Origin: Candidatus Terraquivivens tengchongensis
GTDB taxonomy: Archaea > Thermoproteota > Nitrososphaeria_A > Caldarchaeales > Wolframiiraptoraceae
Assembly (NCBI GenBank): GCA_023261845.1
Contig: JALNJZ010000005.1
Coordinates: 1-64,000, forward strand
Direction: 5' to 3'
DNA length: 64,000 nt
Each line of letters begins with the position of its first letter. Position 1 is the first letter of the stretch. The translations under genes and the position numbers were made by a program. Under the pieces are notes generated by a model. It searched no databases. It worked only from the letters and a program-made list of their open reading frames with translations, and was not told where the DNA came from. Below, in pieces: positions 48,926 to 57,867 of this stretch.

Positions 48926-49989
48926 TGTGTATAGGGATGGAACGGTGCTTTAGATAGTCGTACGGCACCATCCTTCTTAATTAGCAAAGTATCTTCGAGC
49001 CTTATGCCATACTGTTTTGGGATGTACACACCAGGCTCACATGTCACAACCATGTTTTCAGCAAACAGATCTTTGCTATTGGGCGATATTTTTGGCGGCT
49101 CATGAACGCTTAACCCTATGCCGTGTCCCAAGCTATGAACGAAGTACTCAATGAGTCCAGCATTTTCTATAAACTGTCTCGCAACCCTATCGACGAAGGA
49201 AGTAGAGACCCATGCCATCATATGTTCCTCGGCTAAATTTTTGGCCTCCTCGACCACTTTGTAAACCTTCTCGATTTTATCCTCCACTTTATCTCCTACA
49301 AAAAATGTTCTTGTTACATCTGCTGAATACTCGTTTACCGATGCACCCAAATCTATTACGACAACGTCACCGGCTTGAAGTTGTCTATTGCCTGGACCAC
49401 CGTGGGGCAAAGATGACTTCGCACCGGATGCCACTATTATATCAAACGCGACCCTATCTGCACCACATCTCAACAACTCTTCGGTTAACTCTGCCTTTAC
49501 ATCTTGCTCAGTAACGCCAGGCGATAGTAGGTCCAGGGCAACCTCCATACCCACATCAGATATTGCCGCTGCTTTCATTATATTCTCCAACTCATTTTCG
49601 TCTTTTATTGACCTCAACTTCCAAACGAGTTCGGACGATGGTATTAAATGTAGAAACCTCAATTTTGATGACATTTTCCAGAAAGATTCAGCATCCATAT
49701 AGTCGAACCCAATATCTCCAACAAGCTTACCCAACTCTTCTGCGAGCTCGTCTTTGAACATATCATGGGTCTTTGTTTTAATTATATCAATACCCTGTAT
49801 AGCCTGCTGAACGGCTGACTCGTAGTAAAGGGGCAATGTATAAAGCTTGACTGTGCCGTCGGACATTATTACAGCCGCGCCCTCACCCTTAAAACCTGTG
49901 AAGTAGTAAAGATTTTCAGGTAACGTCAGCAAATATGCGCTAAAAGCCCTCTCCTCCATTAGTTCTAGGAGGCGTTTTATCCTCTCCAT
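48922..49989 (-). CDS. pepQ: Xaa-Pro aminopeptidase (M24B)
   Basis: PH, DLG, DVTRT, HSLGHGIGL.VHE.P, EPG.Y, GIRLED. Confidence 0.9.
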   Translation of the reverse strand: MERIKRLLELMEERAFSAYLLTLPENLYYFTGFKGEGAAVIMSDGTVKLYTLPLYYESAVQQAIQGIDIIKTKTHDMFKDELAEELGKLVGDIGFDYMDAESFWKMSSKLRFLHLIPSSELVWKLRSIKDENELENIMKAAAISDVGMEVALDLLSPGVTEQDVKAELTEELLRCGADRVAFDIIVASGAKSSLPHGGPGNRQLQAGDVVVIDLGASVNEYSADVTRTFFVGDKVEDKIEKVYKVVEEAKNLAEEHMMAWVSTSFVDRVARQFIENAGLIEYFVHSLGHGIGLSVHEPPKISPNSKDLFAENMVVTCEPGVYIPKQYGIRLEDTLLIKKDGAVRLSKAPFHPYTH

Positions 49990-50196
49990 TTATACATCAG
50001 CTACCTTTAACCTAGGCGGAAAAAGGCAAAGCGGGTAATATAACCTTTAAAAACGTTCATAATCTACCTAGGGCGGCATATTATTTCAGTAAGACGTGAT
50101 TGTTAGTGTTGTTGATATTCGTGCCACATTTCTAGCAGTATAAACAAATATTACACGTCTAATAAAAAGGGTTAAAGAAGCTGCAGGGCGTGCGGG

Positions 50197-53100
50197 ATGG
50201 TTTACATTAAAAAGCTATCGCTACATGCTTTCAAGTCTTTTGGTCAAAAAAAGGCTACGGTCGAGTTGCTCAAGGGCCTGGTCGTAATCACGGGTCCGAA
50301 TGGTGGCGGCAAGTCTAACTTGCTTGATGCGATCAGGTTCGTAACGGGTGAACTGAGCCCGCATGCTTTAAGGGTAGGCAGGCTCTCTGAACTAGTTCAT
50401 GAAGGCGGTAAAGGAAAAGCAGCATATGCCAGGGTATCTATAACTTTGGATAACTCAGAAAAAGCATTACCGATAGAAACGGACGAGGTCACGATTACTA
50501 GGAAGATCTACCAGAATGGTGAAAGCGAATATTACATAAACGGAAGGTCAGCATCAAGAGGAGAATTGCTCACGTTGCTCTCGGCCGCTAACATAAGACC
50601 TTCGGGCTTCAATATACTGCCCCAAGGCGCGATATTGAGCCTAGCTGAAATGAATCCCGATGATATGCGTAAGTTGATAGAAGAAGTTGCAGGAATAGCG
50701 GAGTACAATAGGAAGAAGGCTGAGGCCGAAGAACAGCTTGCGCAAGCCGATAAGAACTTGGAGGTTGCTAAGGCCAGTACAGCTGAGGTTAGAACAAGGG
50801 TTAAGCAGCTCGAGAAAGAAAGGAACCAGTATCTTAGGAAGAAGGCTGTAGAGGCAGAAATTGCCAAGCTCAAAACGCTTCAGTATAAATTGGAGATGGA
50901 AAAAATCTCCGAATCTCTTAAAGTGCTACAATCAAAGATCGTCAACATAACCGAGCAGGTTCATGCACTAGAGGTTGAAAAACAAGAAGTATCCGCGAAG
51001 CTTGCAGAGCTCAAGTCTAACCTACAGACGACAGAAAGTGAAATATCTGAAATAGAGCGAAGATTGGCAGAGTTCACAAAAGCACGACAGGAAACGTTTG
51101 AGAAGATCGTTAAGCTGAGGCTCGACATAAGGGATTCTGAAAATCGCATAGGGATTTTGGAGAAGGAGTCTGCGCATCTACAGCAAAAGATTGCCGAACT
51201 TGAGTCAGCGATATCGCTTTCTGAACAAGAGCTTAACGATCTTGAGTTAAAGATTGCTGAATGTTCAAAGGACAAGAAACAGTTAGAGGAGGAGGCTGCA
51301 AAAATGTCTGAAGAAGTGGATAGACTGAGGAGTGCTGTCAAGGAGCTTGAGAAGAAGCTAGAAGAGGTCAAGTTCTCAAAAATCAAGGAGGAAAGGACAC
51401 GGTCTGAGGCATACTTAAGGCTTGAAAACATCAAGAACAGTAAAGAGCAACTAATGAGAGAAAAGGAGGACATACATAGAGAGGTATTAGCGATCAAGAA
51501 TAAAATTGCTGACATTGATGAAAAGCTTGAAAAGTTGTTTTCTGAGGTGCGCATAACAGAAGACGAGATATTAAAGCTTAATCAAGAGTTAAGTGAATGT
51601 GCATCCTTAGTTGGACGCTATTCTGAGATATTAGCGCGTGCGGATGATGTCATCAATAAGACTGAGGCACTTATAGCAGAGCTAAAGATAAGATTGGCGG
51701 CTCAACCTGAAGATGAAGAGTTGAAAAAGTTTGAAGATTTTGCTAGGTTGCTGGCCGAAAGATTCGTGGACGGTGTTGTAGGGACGTTGGATAGTTTCAT
51801 CAAATCCTTGCCAGATAGCGAAAAGCTTGACGTAGTTCTTAATGAGTGGGCAAGTGCCATCGTGACAGACAATTATGCAGTGACCCGATCACTATCTGAA
51901 ACGTTCGCATCCTTAGATTTTAAGTGCAAGTTATTGACATTAAACGACAATCCAAGTGAAACGAACCGCGATAATTTAGAAAAATTTCAAGCATGGGTTA
52001 GGAATCATGTAGAATTCGTTAATGATTTCGAGGAGGCATACAAAAAAACGGTAAACGGCAAGCTAGTTATCCTAGATAAGGGCATAGTTTGTTATCCCGG
52101 CGGTTTCGTTAAAATTGTCGGTAATGAGAAGAGCAAGATAAACGCGTTACGTGTTGAGCTGGAGGATCTAGAATCCCATCTTGGGGCGGTAAAACTTAAG
52201 CTGAAGGAAATAAAGTTAAGGCGCGATGAGCTTGCAAAAAAGGCGGAATCAATTAAAAGCGAAATTCAAGGACAACAGACAAAACTTTCTTCTCTGAATG
52301 CGGACATTAAATCGCTCAATGCCGAACGCAAATTGCTGGAAGAGTCTCATTCACAATTGATGGTTAGGGAGAAGAAGATAGACGAACGGATAGATATTCT
52401 CACTAAAGAAGAAGAGAATGTCAAAAAGAGGTTATCTGAAATTGTTAGTACCGAGCCGGCTGGGGATGAGCTAAGACCAAATATAGAGAAAGATCTTGAG
52501 TTGACTTCATCAAAACTAAAATTCCTTGAATCGAAGTATACGGAGTTGAAGGTACAGTTAGCAGAAAAGTCTACGACTCTTAAAAGTCTGGAGGAATCAA
52601 AAAGGAGAATACTAAATTTAGTAGCCCGGTATAGGTCGGAGGTCGAATCGCTTAAACGTTCGTTGGAGGCCAGCAAACTAAGGGCGGAGGAGGAGAAAAA
52701 ATTAAGAGCCGAGTTCGAATCTAAGCTAACTTTATCGGAAACAGAACTTAGTAAGCTGGACTATGAGATTGCGAACCTATCAGCAAGACATAAAGAGCTG
52801 ATCAATATTAGGGACGAAATAAGACAAACAATATCCGCACAAAGTGAGGAAGAAAGCAAGATATCTGAAAGATTAAGGACGTTATGGTCAGAGCAACAAG
52901 AAGCTAAGCTTGAAAGCGTGAAGATAGAGTCCCAACTTCAAATGATAATGGAAAAATTATCTGAGCTAGGCGATGTGGACGCATCTGAGTTGTCAACATT
53001 CGAGCCTACGCTTAGAGAGCAGATACTCACAATATTAGAGGCTGAAAGGGACGAGCTCTCCTTCGTGAACCAATTGGCTCCAGAGCAATACGAGGCTTTA

Positions 53101-53658
53101 ATCGGAAACTACAAACTCAGGTCCGTCAGAATAAGCGAGTTGGAGTTGGAAAGGCAAGAGATAATCAACTTCATAAAGATGGTTGAAGGTGAGAAATTAA
53201 GAGCGTTCTTCACAACTATGGAAAAAGTTTCCGAAAAGTTTGCGACGTATTTTAACAGGCTTACTAAGGGTGTGGCCTGGCTTAGGCTTGTTGACGAGAC
53301 AAAACCGGGCGAGTCGGGTGTTGAAGTTGTAGTACAGTTTCCTGGAAAACCCCAGCGCTCTTTGAGAAGCGTTAGCGGAGGCGAAAGGTCCGTTGCGGCT
53401 GTCTCGCTCCTGATGGCGCTACAAGGCCTCACACCTGCCGACTTTTACATCTTTGATGAGATAGACGCACATATGGACGTAGCCTACACGGTTGCGTTGG
53501 CTGAGTTGCTGAAAGAAATGTCGAAGAAGACGCAGATAATAATCGTAAGCCTTAAAGACGTGTTGGCCGAAAAGGCCGATCAGCTCATCGGCGTTTATAT
53601 GGACAAAGGCGAATCCAGAATAATTAAGACAAAGCTGGAGGGAGTCGAGGCTGGCTGA
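50197..53658 (+). CDS. smc: Chromosome segregation protein SMC
   Basis: FKSF, GPNGGGKSN, Q-loop PQG, long coiled coils, SGGERS, FDEIDAH.D. Confidence 0.95.
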   Translation: MVYIKKLSLHAFKSFGQKKATVELLKGLVVITGPNGGGKSNLLDAIRFVTGELSPHALRVGRLSELVHEGGKGKAAYARVSITLDNSEKALPIETDEVTITRKIYQNGESEYYINGRSASRGELLTLLSAANIRPSGFNILPQGAILSLAEMNPDDMRKLIEEVAGIAEYNRKKAEAEEQLAQADKNLEVAKASTAEVRTRVKQLEKERNQYLRKKAVEAEIAKLKTLQYKLEMEKISESLKVLQSKIVNITEQVHALEVEKQEVSAKLAELKSNLQTTESEISEIERRLAEFTKARQETFEKIVKLRLDIRDSENRIGILEKESAHLQQKIAELESAISLSEQELNDLELKIAECSKDKKQLEEEAAKMSEEVDRLRSAVKELEKKLEEVKFSKIKEERTRSEAYLRLENIKNSKEQLMREKEDIHREVLAIKNKIADIDEKLEKLFSEVRITEDEILKLNQELSECASLVGRYSEILARADDVINKTEALIAELKIRLAAQPEDEELKKFEDFARLLAERFVDGVVGTLDSFIKSLPDSEKLDVVLNEWASAIVTDNYAVTRSLSETFASLDFKCKLLTLNDNPSETNRDNLEKFQAWVRNHVEFVNDFEEAYKKTVNGKLVILDKGIVCYPGGFVKIVGNEKSKINALRVELEDLESHLGAVKLKLKEIKLRRDELAKKAESIKSEIQGQQTKLSSLNADIKSLNAERKLLEESHSQLMVREKKIDERIDILTKEEENVKKRLSEIVSTEPAGDELRPNIEKDLELTSSKLKFLESKYTELKVQLAEKSTTLKSLEESKRRILNLVARYRSEVESLKRSLEASKLRAEEEKKLRAEFESKLTLSETELSKLDYEIANLSARHKELINIRDEIRQTISAQSEEESKISERLRTLWSEQQEAKLESVKIESQLQMIMEKLSELGDVDASELSTFEPTLREQILTILEAERDELSFVNQLAPEQYEALIGNYKLRSVRISELELERQEIINFIKMVEGEKLRAFFTTMEKVSEKFATYFNRLTKGVAWLRLVDETKPGESGVEVVVQFPGKPQRSLRSVSGGERSVAAVSLLMALQGLTPADFYIFDEIDAHMDVAYTVALAELLKEMSKKTQIIIVSLKDVLAEKADQLIGVYMDKGESRIIKTKLEGVEAG

Positions 53659-54301
53659 CGTAGAAGGTGAAAAGATTCAATGGATCAAGTCTCCATGGCG
53701 CGTATTATTTGACGTTACAAACTGGGATAAGTTAAGGGTTTGGGAGATTAATTTAAGAGAGTTGCTGAGCTCTTTAGCCAACGTACTAAAAGGAAAAGAA
53801 TTATTTGATTTCGTTTCGTCGGGAATCGCCGTATACTCCGCGGCAACATTGCATAGGATGAAGACGGAAAGGTTACTCGCCGCTGACGAAGTACCCGTCA
53901 TAAAACAAAAGCAAGAATACTTCATACCGCCTCCTATATTTCCACCGTTGAGAGGCGAGTTCGTGACGACCACCATACTCGAGTTAATTGATGCTCTAAA
54001 GCGCGTCCTGTCTGAGCCACCACCACAACGGAAGCAAGAAATCATTGAACCGCAGCAGTTGAACATTGAAGATTTCATAATAAAAATCGAGGAGAAGGTG
54101 GAGGAGTTCTACAATTTTATAAAAGAAGTGTTAGAGGTCAAGGGAACTATAACGCTAGACGAGATCATGAGCGGTGTTGATAGGTTAGAGGCAGTAAGAC
54201 GTTTTATACTACTCCTGTTTATTGCGTCGAAGGGCATGATCATGATAACCGAAAATGAGGATGGAAAAGTCTTGATATCTTTGGGTGAGGTACATGGATG
54301 A
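53651..54301 (+). CDS. scpA: Segregation/condensation protein A (kleisin; start extended to CTG 53651)
   Basis: PWRVLFD...VWEINL N-terminus upstream of the track's TTG; AATLHRMKTE; FILLLF C-terminal wHTH; lies between smc and scpB. Confidence 0.85.
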   Translation: MADVEGEKIQWIKSPWRVLFDVTNWDKLRVWEINLRELLSSLANVLKGKELFDFVSSGIAVYSAATLHRMKTERLLAADEVPVIKQKQEYFIPPPIFPPLRGEFVTTTILELIDALKRVLSEPPPQRKQEIIEPQQLNIEDFIIKIEEKVEEFYNFIKEVLEVKGTITLDEIMSGVDRLEAVRRFILLLFIASKGMIMITENEDGKVLISLGEVHG

Positions 54302-54830
54302 AAAAAGAAAGGCTTGGATGAAGGCGGTTATTGAGTCGCTGCTTTATGCGTCTGACAAACCTGTTGAGCTACAAAGACTCATGAATGCTGTAGGCACCAC
54401 ATCGAAAAGCACCATTAGGGAGATCATAAACGAGATATCTACTGAGTATGAAAACTCCAACCATCCATTTAGGATTAAAAAACTAGAGGGCGAGAGATAT
54501 TTTTTGTGCCTAGCACCAGAGTATTCGGAGATGGTTAGGAAGCACGTAAAGAAACCGCTTTTGAGTACGGCTTTGCTCAAAACTTTGTCGTTCATTGCAT
54601 ATCATCAGCCAGTAAGCCAGGCGGTTCTGGCGGCAGCCAGAGGAAAAGAGGCGTATAAACACGTTAGACAGCTAATCGAGAAAGGACTGGTCGAGGCGGA
54701 AAAATCCGGCAGAACCCTCCTACTCAGGACTACCCAGCTGTTTGCGGACTATTTCAACATCAAGAACAACCCCCAGGAGATAAGAAAATACATAGAGGGG
54801 TTACTAGAAAAAAGCTCTGGTAAAAGTTAA
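54294..54830 (+). CDS. scpB: Segregation/condensation protein B
   Basis: IESLLYAS, LKTLSFIAYHQP, RG, TT.LFADYF. Confidence 0.92.
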   Translation: MDEKRKAWMKAVIESLLYASDKPVELQRLMNAVGTTSKSTIREIINEISTEYENSNHPFRIKKLEGERYFLCLAPEYSEMVRKHVKKPLLSTALLKTLSFIAYHQPVSQAVLAAARGKEAYKHVRQLIEKGLVEAEKSGRTLLLRTTQLFADYFNIKNNPQEIRKYIEGLLEKSSGKS

Positions 54831-54857
54831 AAGCTCCTCCCGTTTAAAGGAATAGGC

Positions 54858-55250
54858 ATGGTACAGTGGCACACTGACATACATAAACGGAAACCGACCG
54901 GTGGCAAAAAAGTCCCATATAGGAAGAAGAGGAGGTATGAACGCGGAGGAGAACCGACGTTAACCATAGTTGGCGATAGAAAGGTAAAGATCAAAGATAC
55001 TTTTGGCGGAGGGATTAAAGTGGCTGTGGTTTCTGACAAAATTGTAAACGTTTACAATCCAGTCACAAAAAAGGTCGAGAAGACAACAATAATACGTGTT
55101 AAATCCAATCCGTCCAATAAAGACTACGAGAGAAGGGGTGTGCTTACAAGGGGCGCTATTATTGAAACACCGCTCGGAGATGCGAAGGTTACATCAAGGC
55201 CTGGTAAGGACGGGGTTATAAATGCAGTTCTAATAGCCCCTGCTGGCTAA
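54858..55250 (+). CDS. rps8e: 30S ribosomal protein S8e
   Basis: KRKPTGG, RKKRRYE.G, NPSN, GAIIET, VTSRPG.DGVINA. Confidence 0.96.
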   Translation: MVQWHTDIHKRKPTGGKKVPYRKKRRYERGGEPTLTIVGDRKVKIKDTFGGGIKVAVVSDKIVNVYNPVTKKVEKTTIIRVKSNPSNKDYERRGVLTRGAIIETPLGDAKVTSRPGKDGVINAVLIAPAG

Positions 55251-55273
55251 CCTTGGCATAATGTACAAAAGCA

Positions 55274-55582
55274 GTGATGTTTAACATGATCAGGCGCGAG
55301 GGGTTCATCATATGGCCCGCATACTTTGATAGGGCACTGAGTTGGAGGGAGGGAAGAAGGGTTCCGTTACGACTTTCGTCAAGGTCGCCCACAGTTGAAA
55401 GATTGAACAAGGCCGCTCAGAAGCTTGGATGGTATGTTAAAGTTGAGGTTGCCGCCCATCCTAAAACACATTGGAGAAAAACCGGAAGACTTATAGTCAA
55501 GCCGGATAAACCGTTAAGTAAACAGCACGTTATTAAGATCTTAGCACAGGAATTATTAAGACAAGAAACAAAGGAATTATAA
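55274..55582 (+). CDS. srp19: Signal recognition particle 19 kDa protein
   Basis: IIWPAYFD..LS..EGRRVP, HPK, GR. Confidence 0.92.
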   Translation: MMFNMIRREGFIIWPAYFDRALSWREGRRVPLRLSSRSPTVERLNKAAQKLGWYVKVEVAAHPKTHWRKTGRLIVKPDKPLSKQHVIKILAQELLRQETKEL

Positions 55583-55616
55583 AATCTTAAATGTAACCGA
55601 ATTCTAGATATTAGAC

Positions 55617-55856
55617 ATGTCTAAGCTTAAGCGTAGACCCGTAATTTTAGGTATCCTTATTCACAGCATAAGTAACGAAACCATATTAAAAGGAAACGTT
55701 GTCCCAAAGCTAGGAGTCAAAGTTTACGATGAGGGACTTAACCATGTTGGTTACGTCTCAAACGTTTTTGGGCCAGTCGGCTCACATTTTGTGGCCGTAA
55801 AGTTTACAACAGATAAGCAATATTTACAGGGTTCAAAATTTTACGTTATGGAGTGA
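55617..55856 (+). CDS. gar1: H/ACA RNP protein Gar1
   Basis: PKLG..VYD....VG.V..VFGPV; conserved position before tfb. Confidence 0.85.
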   Translation: MSKLKRRPVILGILIHSISNETILKGNVVPKLGVKVYDEGLNHVGYVSNVFGPVGSHFVAVKFTTDKQYLQGSKFYVME

Positions 55857-55862
55857 AACTTT

Positions 55863-56792
55863 TTGTCACGGATAGTGCATGACGAAACGGTAACAAGATG
55901 TCCTGAGTGTGGTAGCTCAAACCTGTTGTTCGATAAGATCAGTGGCGAAGTAGTTTGCGTGGATTGTGGTTTTGTTGTAGTTAACCTTACGGCTGACTTA
56001 GGGCCCGAGTGGAGGAGTTTTGACCAAGATAAGGATGGAAAAAGAACACGAGTCGGTGCTCCGATAACCTTAGTGATGTATGACATGGGTCTTTCGACAA
56101 AGATAGGATGGAAAGATACGAAAGGCATGAATATTTCGGATTTACAAGCCGAAGTATTGTCTACCATCAAGCGATGCGATAAAATGACAATCATGAATGG
56201 CACCGTAAGAAGTTCGGTGCGAGGTCTCTCAGAGATTGCAGCGATATGCCTGAAATTAGGTCTGCCTACAAACATTATGGAAACGGCGAGCCTCATATAC
56301 AGAAAGGCAGTAAAGACGAGTGCGATGCGTGGCAGGTCCATAAGAAACACTGCAGCTGCTGCTGTTTACTTAGCTTGTAAACAGTGCGGCATCCCGAGGA
56401 TGCTAAGCGAGATAGCCATGGCATTGAATTTGAATAAAAAAGAGATAACGAAATGCTATAGGTTTCTTATTAACAAATTAAACATGGCACCACCTTCACC
56501 AGATACCAAGTTATACGTTTCAAGATTTGTTAATAACTTCAGGATAAGAGGTGATGTTGAGAGGCTGGCGATCGAGTTACTGGAACATGCAAGGATGTGC
56601 GGCCTAATAGATGGCAGAGGCCCCGTAGGTCTGGCGGCGGCTGCGACGTATTTGGCGGCAACCCTTATGGGTTACAGGTTAACTCAACGAGAGGTTGCAG
56701 AGGTTGCAAAGGTAACTGAAGTAACCATTAGGAACAGATATAAAGAATTGTTAGCGAACACTAAAATATATGTTGAAGTGGAGACTGAATAG
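55863..56792 (+). CDS. tfb: Transcription initiation factor IIB
   Basis: CPECG...GEVVC..CG zinc ribbon, GPEWRSF, RGRS, TQREVA..A.VTEVTIRNRYKEL; TTG start. Confidence 0.93.
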   Translation: MSRIVHDETVTRCPECGSSNLLFDKISGEVVCVDCGFVVVNLTADLGPEWRSFDQDKDGKRTRVGAPITLVMYDMGLSTKIGWKDTKGMNISDLQAEVLSTIKRCDKMTIMNGTVRSSVRGLSEIAAICLKLGLPTNIMETASLIYRKAVKTSAMRGRSIRNTAAAAVYLACKQCGIPRMLSEIAMALNLNKKEITKCYRFLINKLNMAPPSPDTKLYVSRFVNNFRIRGDVERLAIELLEHARMCGLIDGRGPVGLAAAATYLAATLMGYRLTQREVAEVAKVTEVTIRNRYKELLANTKIYVEVETE

Positions 56793-56879
56793 TGTTTAAA
56801 TATTGTCAACAAAAATATTTGTAAATAAGGTAATCTTAAAGATAAAACCTACGTTAAGAATATATGAAGTTACGGTGTA

Positions 56880-57254
56880 ATGAGCATGCAAATGAAGATG
56901 ACGAAGCTTGAGGAGCGAGCGATAAAGCTTCTACTGAAGTATGAGGACAGAGGTATACTTCAATCCGAGCTCTGGCACAAGCTCGGCGTTACGAGCAGAG
57001 AAGGGTCTAGGATAGCGATAAAGTTGGAAAAGAAAGGAATAGTAAAGCGGGTTAAGGAGTTTGCGAACGACAGATGGACCAGAAGATTGGTCCCGCTGAT
57101 AAAGCAGCTGAGCGTCGAGCCTATTAGAGGCGCTCCATGCCCATCGTGTACACATGAGAATACGTGTGGTTTAGACAAGATGGTGACACCTTGCACGTGT
57201 GTGCTGTTAGAGGAATGGATATTGGGGCAGACTGACACATCTGGTCAGGTTTAA
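56880..57254 (+). CDS. Transcription factor E beta subunit (RPC34/hRPC39 homolog)
   Basis: wHTH GILQSELW..LG..SREGSR plus C-terminal Cys cluster PCPSC....C......P..C..LEEW. Confidence 0.85.
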   Translation: MSMQMKMTKLEERAIKLLLKYEDRGILQSELWHKLGVTSREGSRIAIKLEKKGIVKRVKEFANDRWTRRLVPLIKQLSVEPIRGAPCPSCTHENTCGLDKMVTPCTCVLLEEWILGQTDTSGQV

Positions 57255-57257
57255 TGT

Positions 57258-57857
57258 ATGCTTAGAAAGCACCCTTCTAAAGATTATTATACAACACTGG
57301 CAAGAAAGCTGGGACTCCTTTCAAGGGCTGCCTTTAAGCTTCAGTATATACAGAAGAGGTATGGCTTCCTAAAACCTGGCGACAAGGTAATAATCTTAGG
57401 CTCCGCACCTGGAGGGATGGCGCAACTGGCGGCCAGGTACGTTGGTCCACGAGGTCTTGTTGTCACCGTGGATGTAAAGCCCCAAGATTTTAAGATCGCG
57501 GATAACGTCGTAAGCATAATCGCGGACGTTTTTGACCCTGAAGCGATGGGAAAGATAAGGGAAGCATTAAAGGGCGAGCTGGCCGATAAGCTGATATCAG
57601 ATTTGGCACCCAACTTAACGGGTATTAGAGAGGTAGATATGCCGAGGCAACTAGGGCTCGTAGAGGCTGCTCTAAGGATAGCAAAGGAGCTGGTCCGTAA
57701 GGGCGGCAGTCTGTATATAAAACTTTTTGAAAGCCCCGAGGTGAAAAGCATCGAGGATAGGTTGCGCCTTAGCTTTCAGAGGGTTAAACGAATTGTACCA
57801 ACAGCCACGAGAAAACATAGTTCTGAGGTATTCCTGTTGGCGTTGGATAAGAAATAA
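57258..57857 (+). CDS. rlmE: RlmE/FtsJ 23S rRNA 2'-O-methyltransferase
   Basis: SRAAFKL, LGSAPGG, SDLAP, K-D-K-E tetrad, SSE. Confidence 0.9.
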   Translation: MLRKHPSKDYYTTLARKLGLLSRAAFKLQYIQKRYGFLKPGDKVIILGSAPGGMAQLAARYVGPRGLVVTVDVKPQDFKIADNVVSIIADVFDPEAMGKIREALKGELADKLISDLAPNLTGIREVDMPRQLGLVEAALRIAKELVRKGGSLYIKLFESPEVKSIEDRLRLSFQRVKRIVPTATRKHSSEVFLLALDKK

Positions 57858-57867
57858 AGCATGCTTG

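Noticed and set aside
50961-52676. Long Ser/Phe/Leu-rich antisense ORFs within smc, and similar shadow ORFs throughout the track
   Set aside because: Expected mirror frames of Glu/Lys-rich coding sequence, with no independent signals
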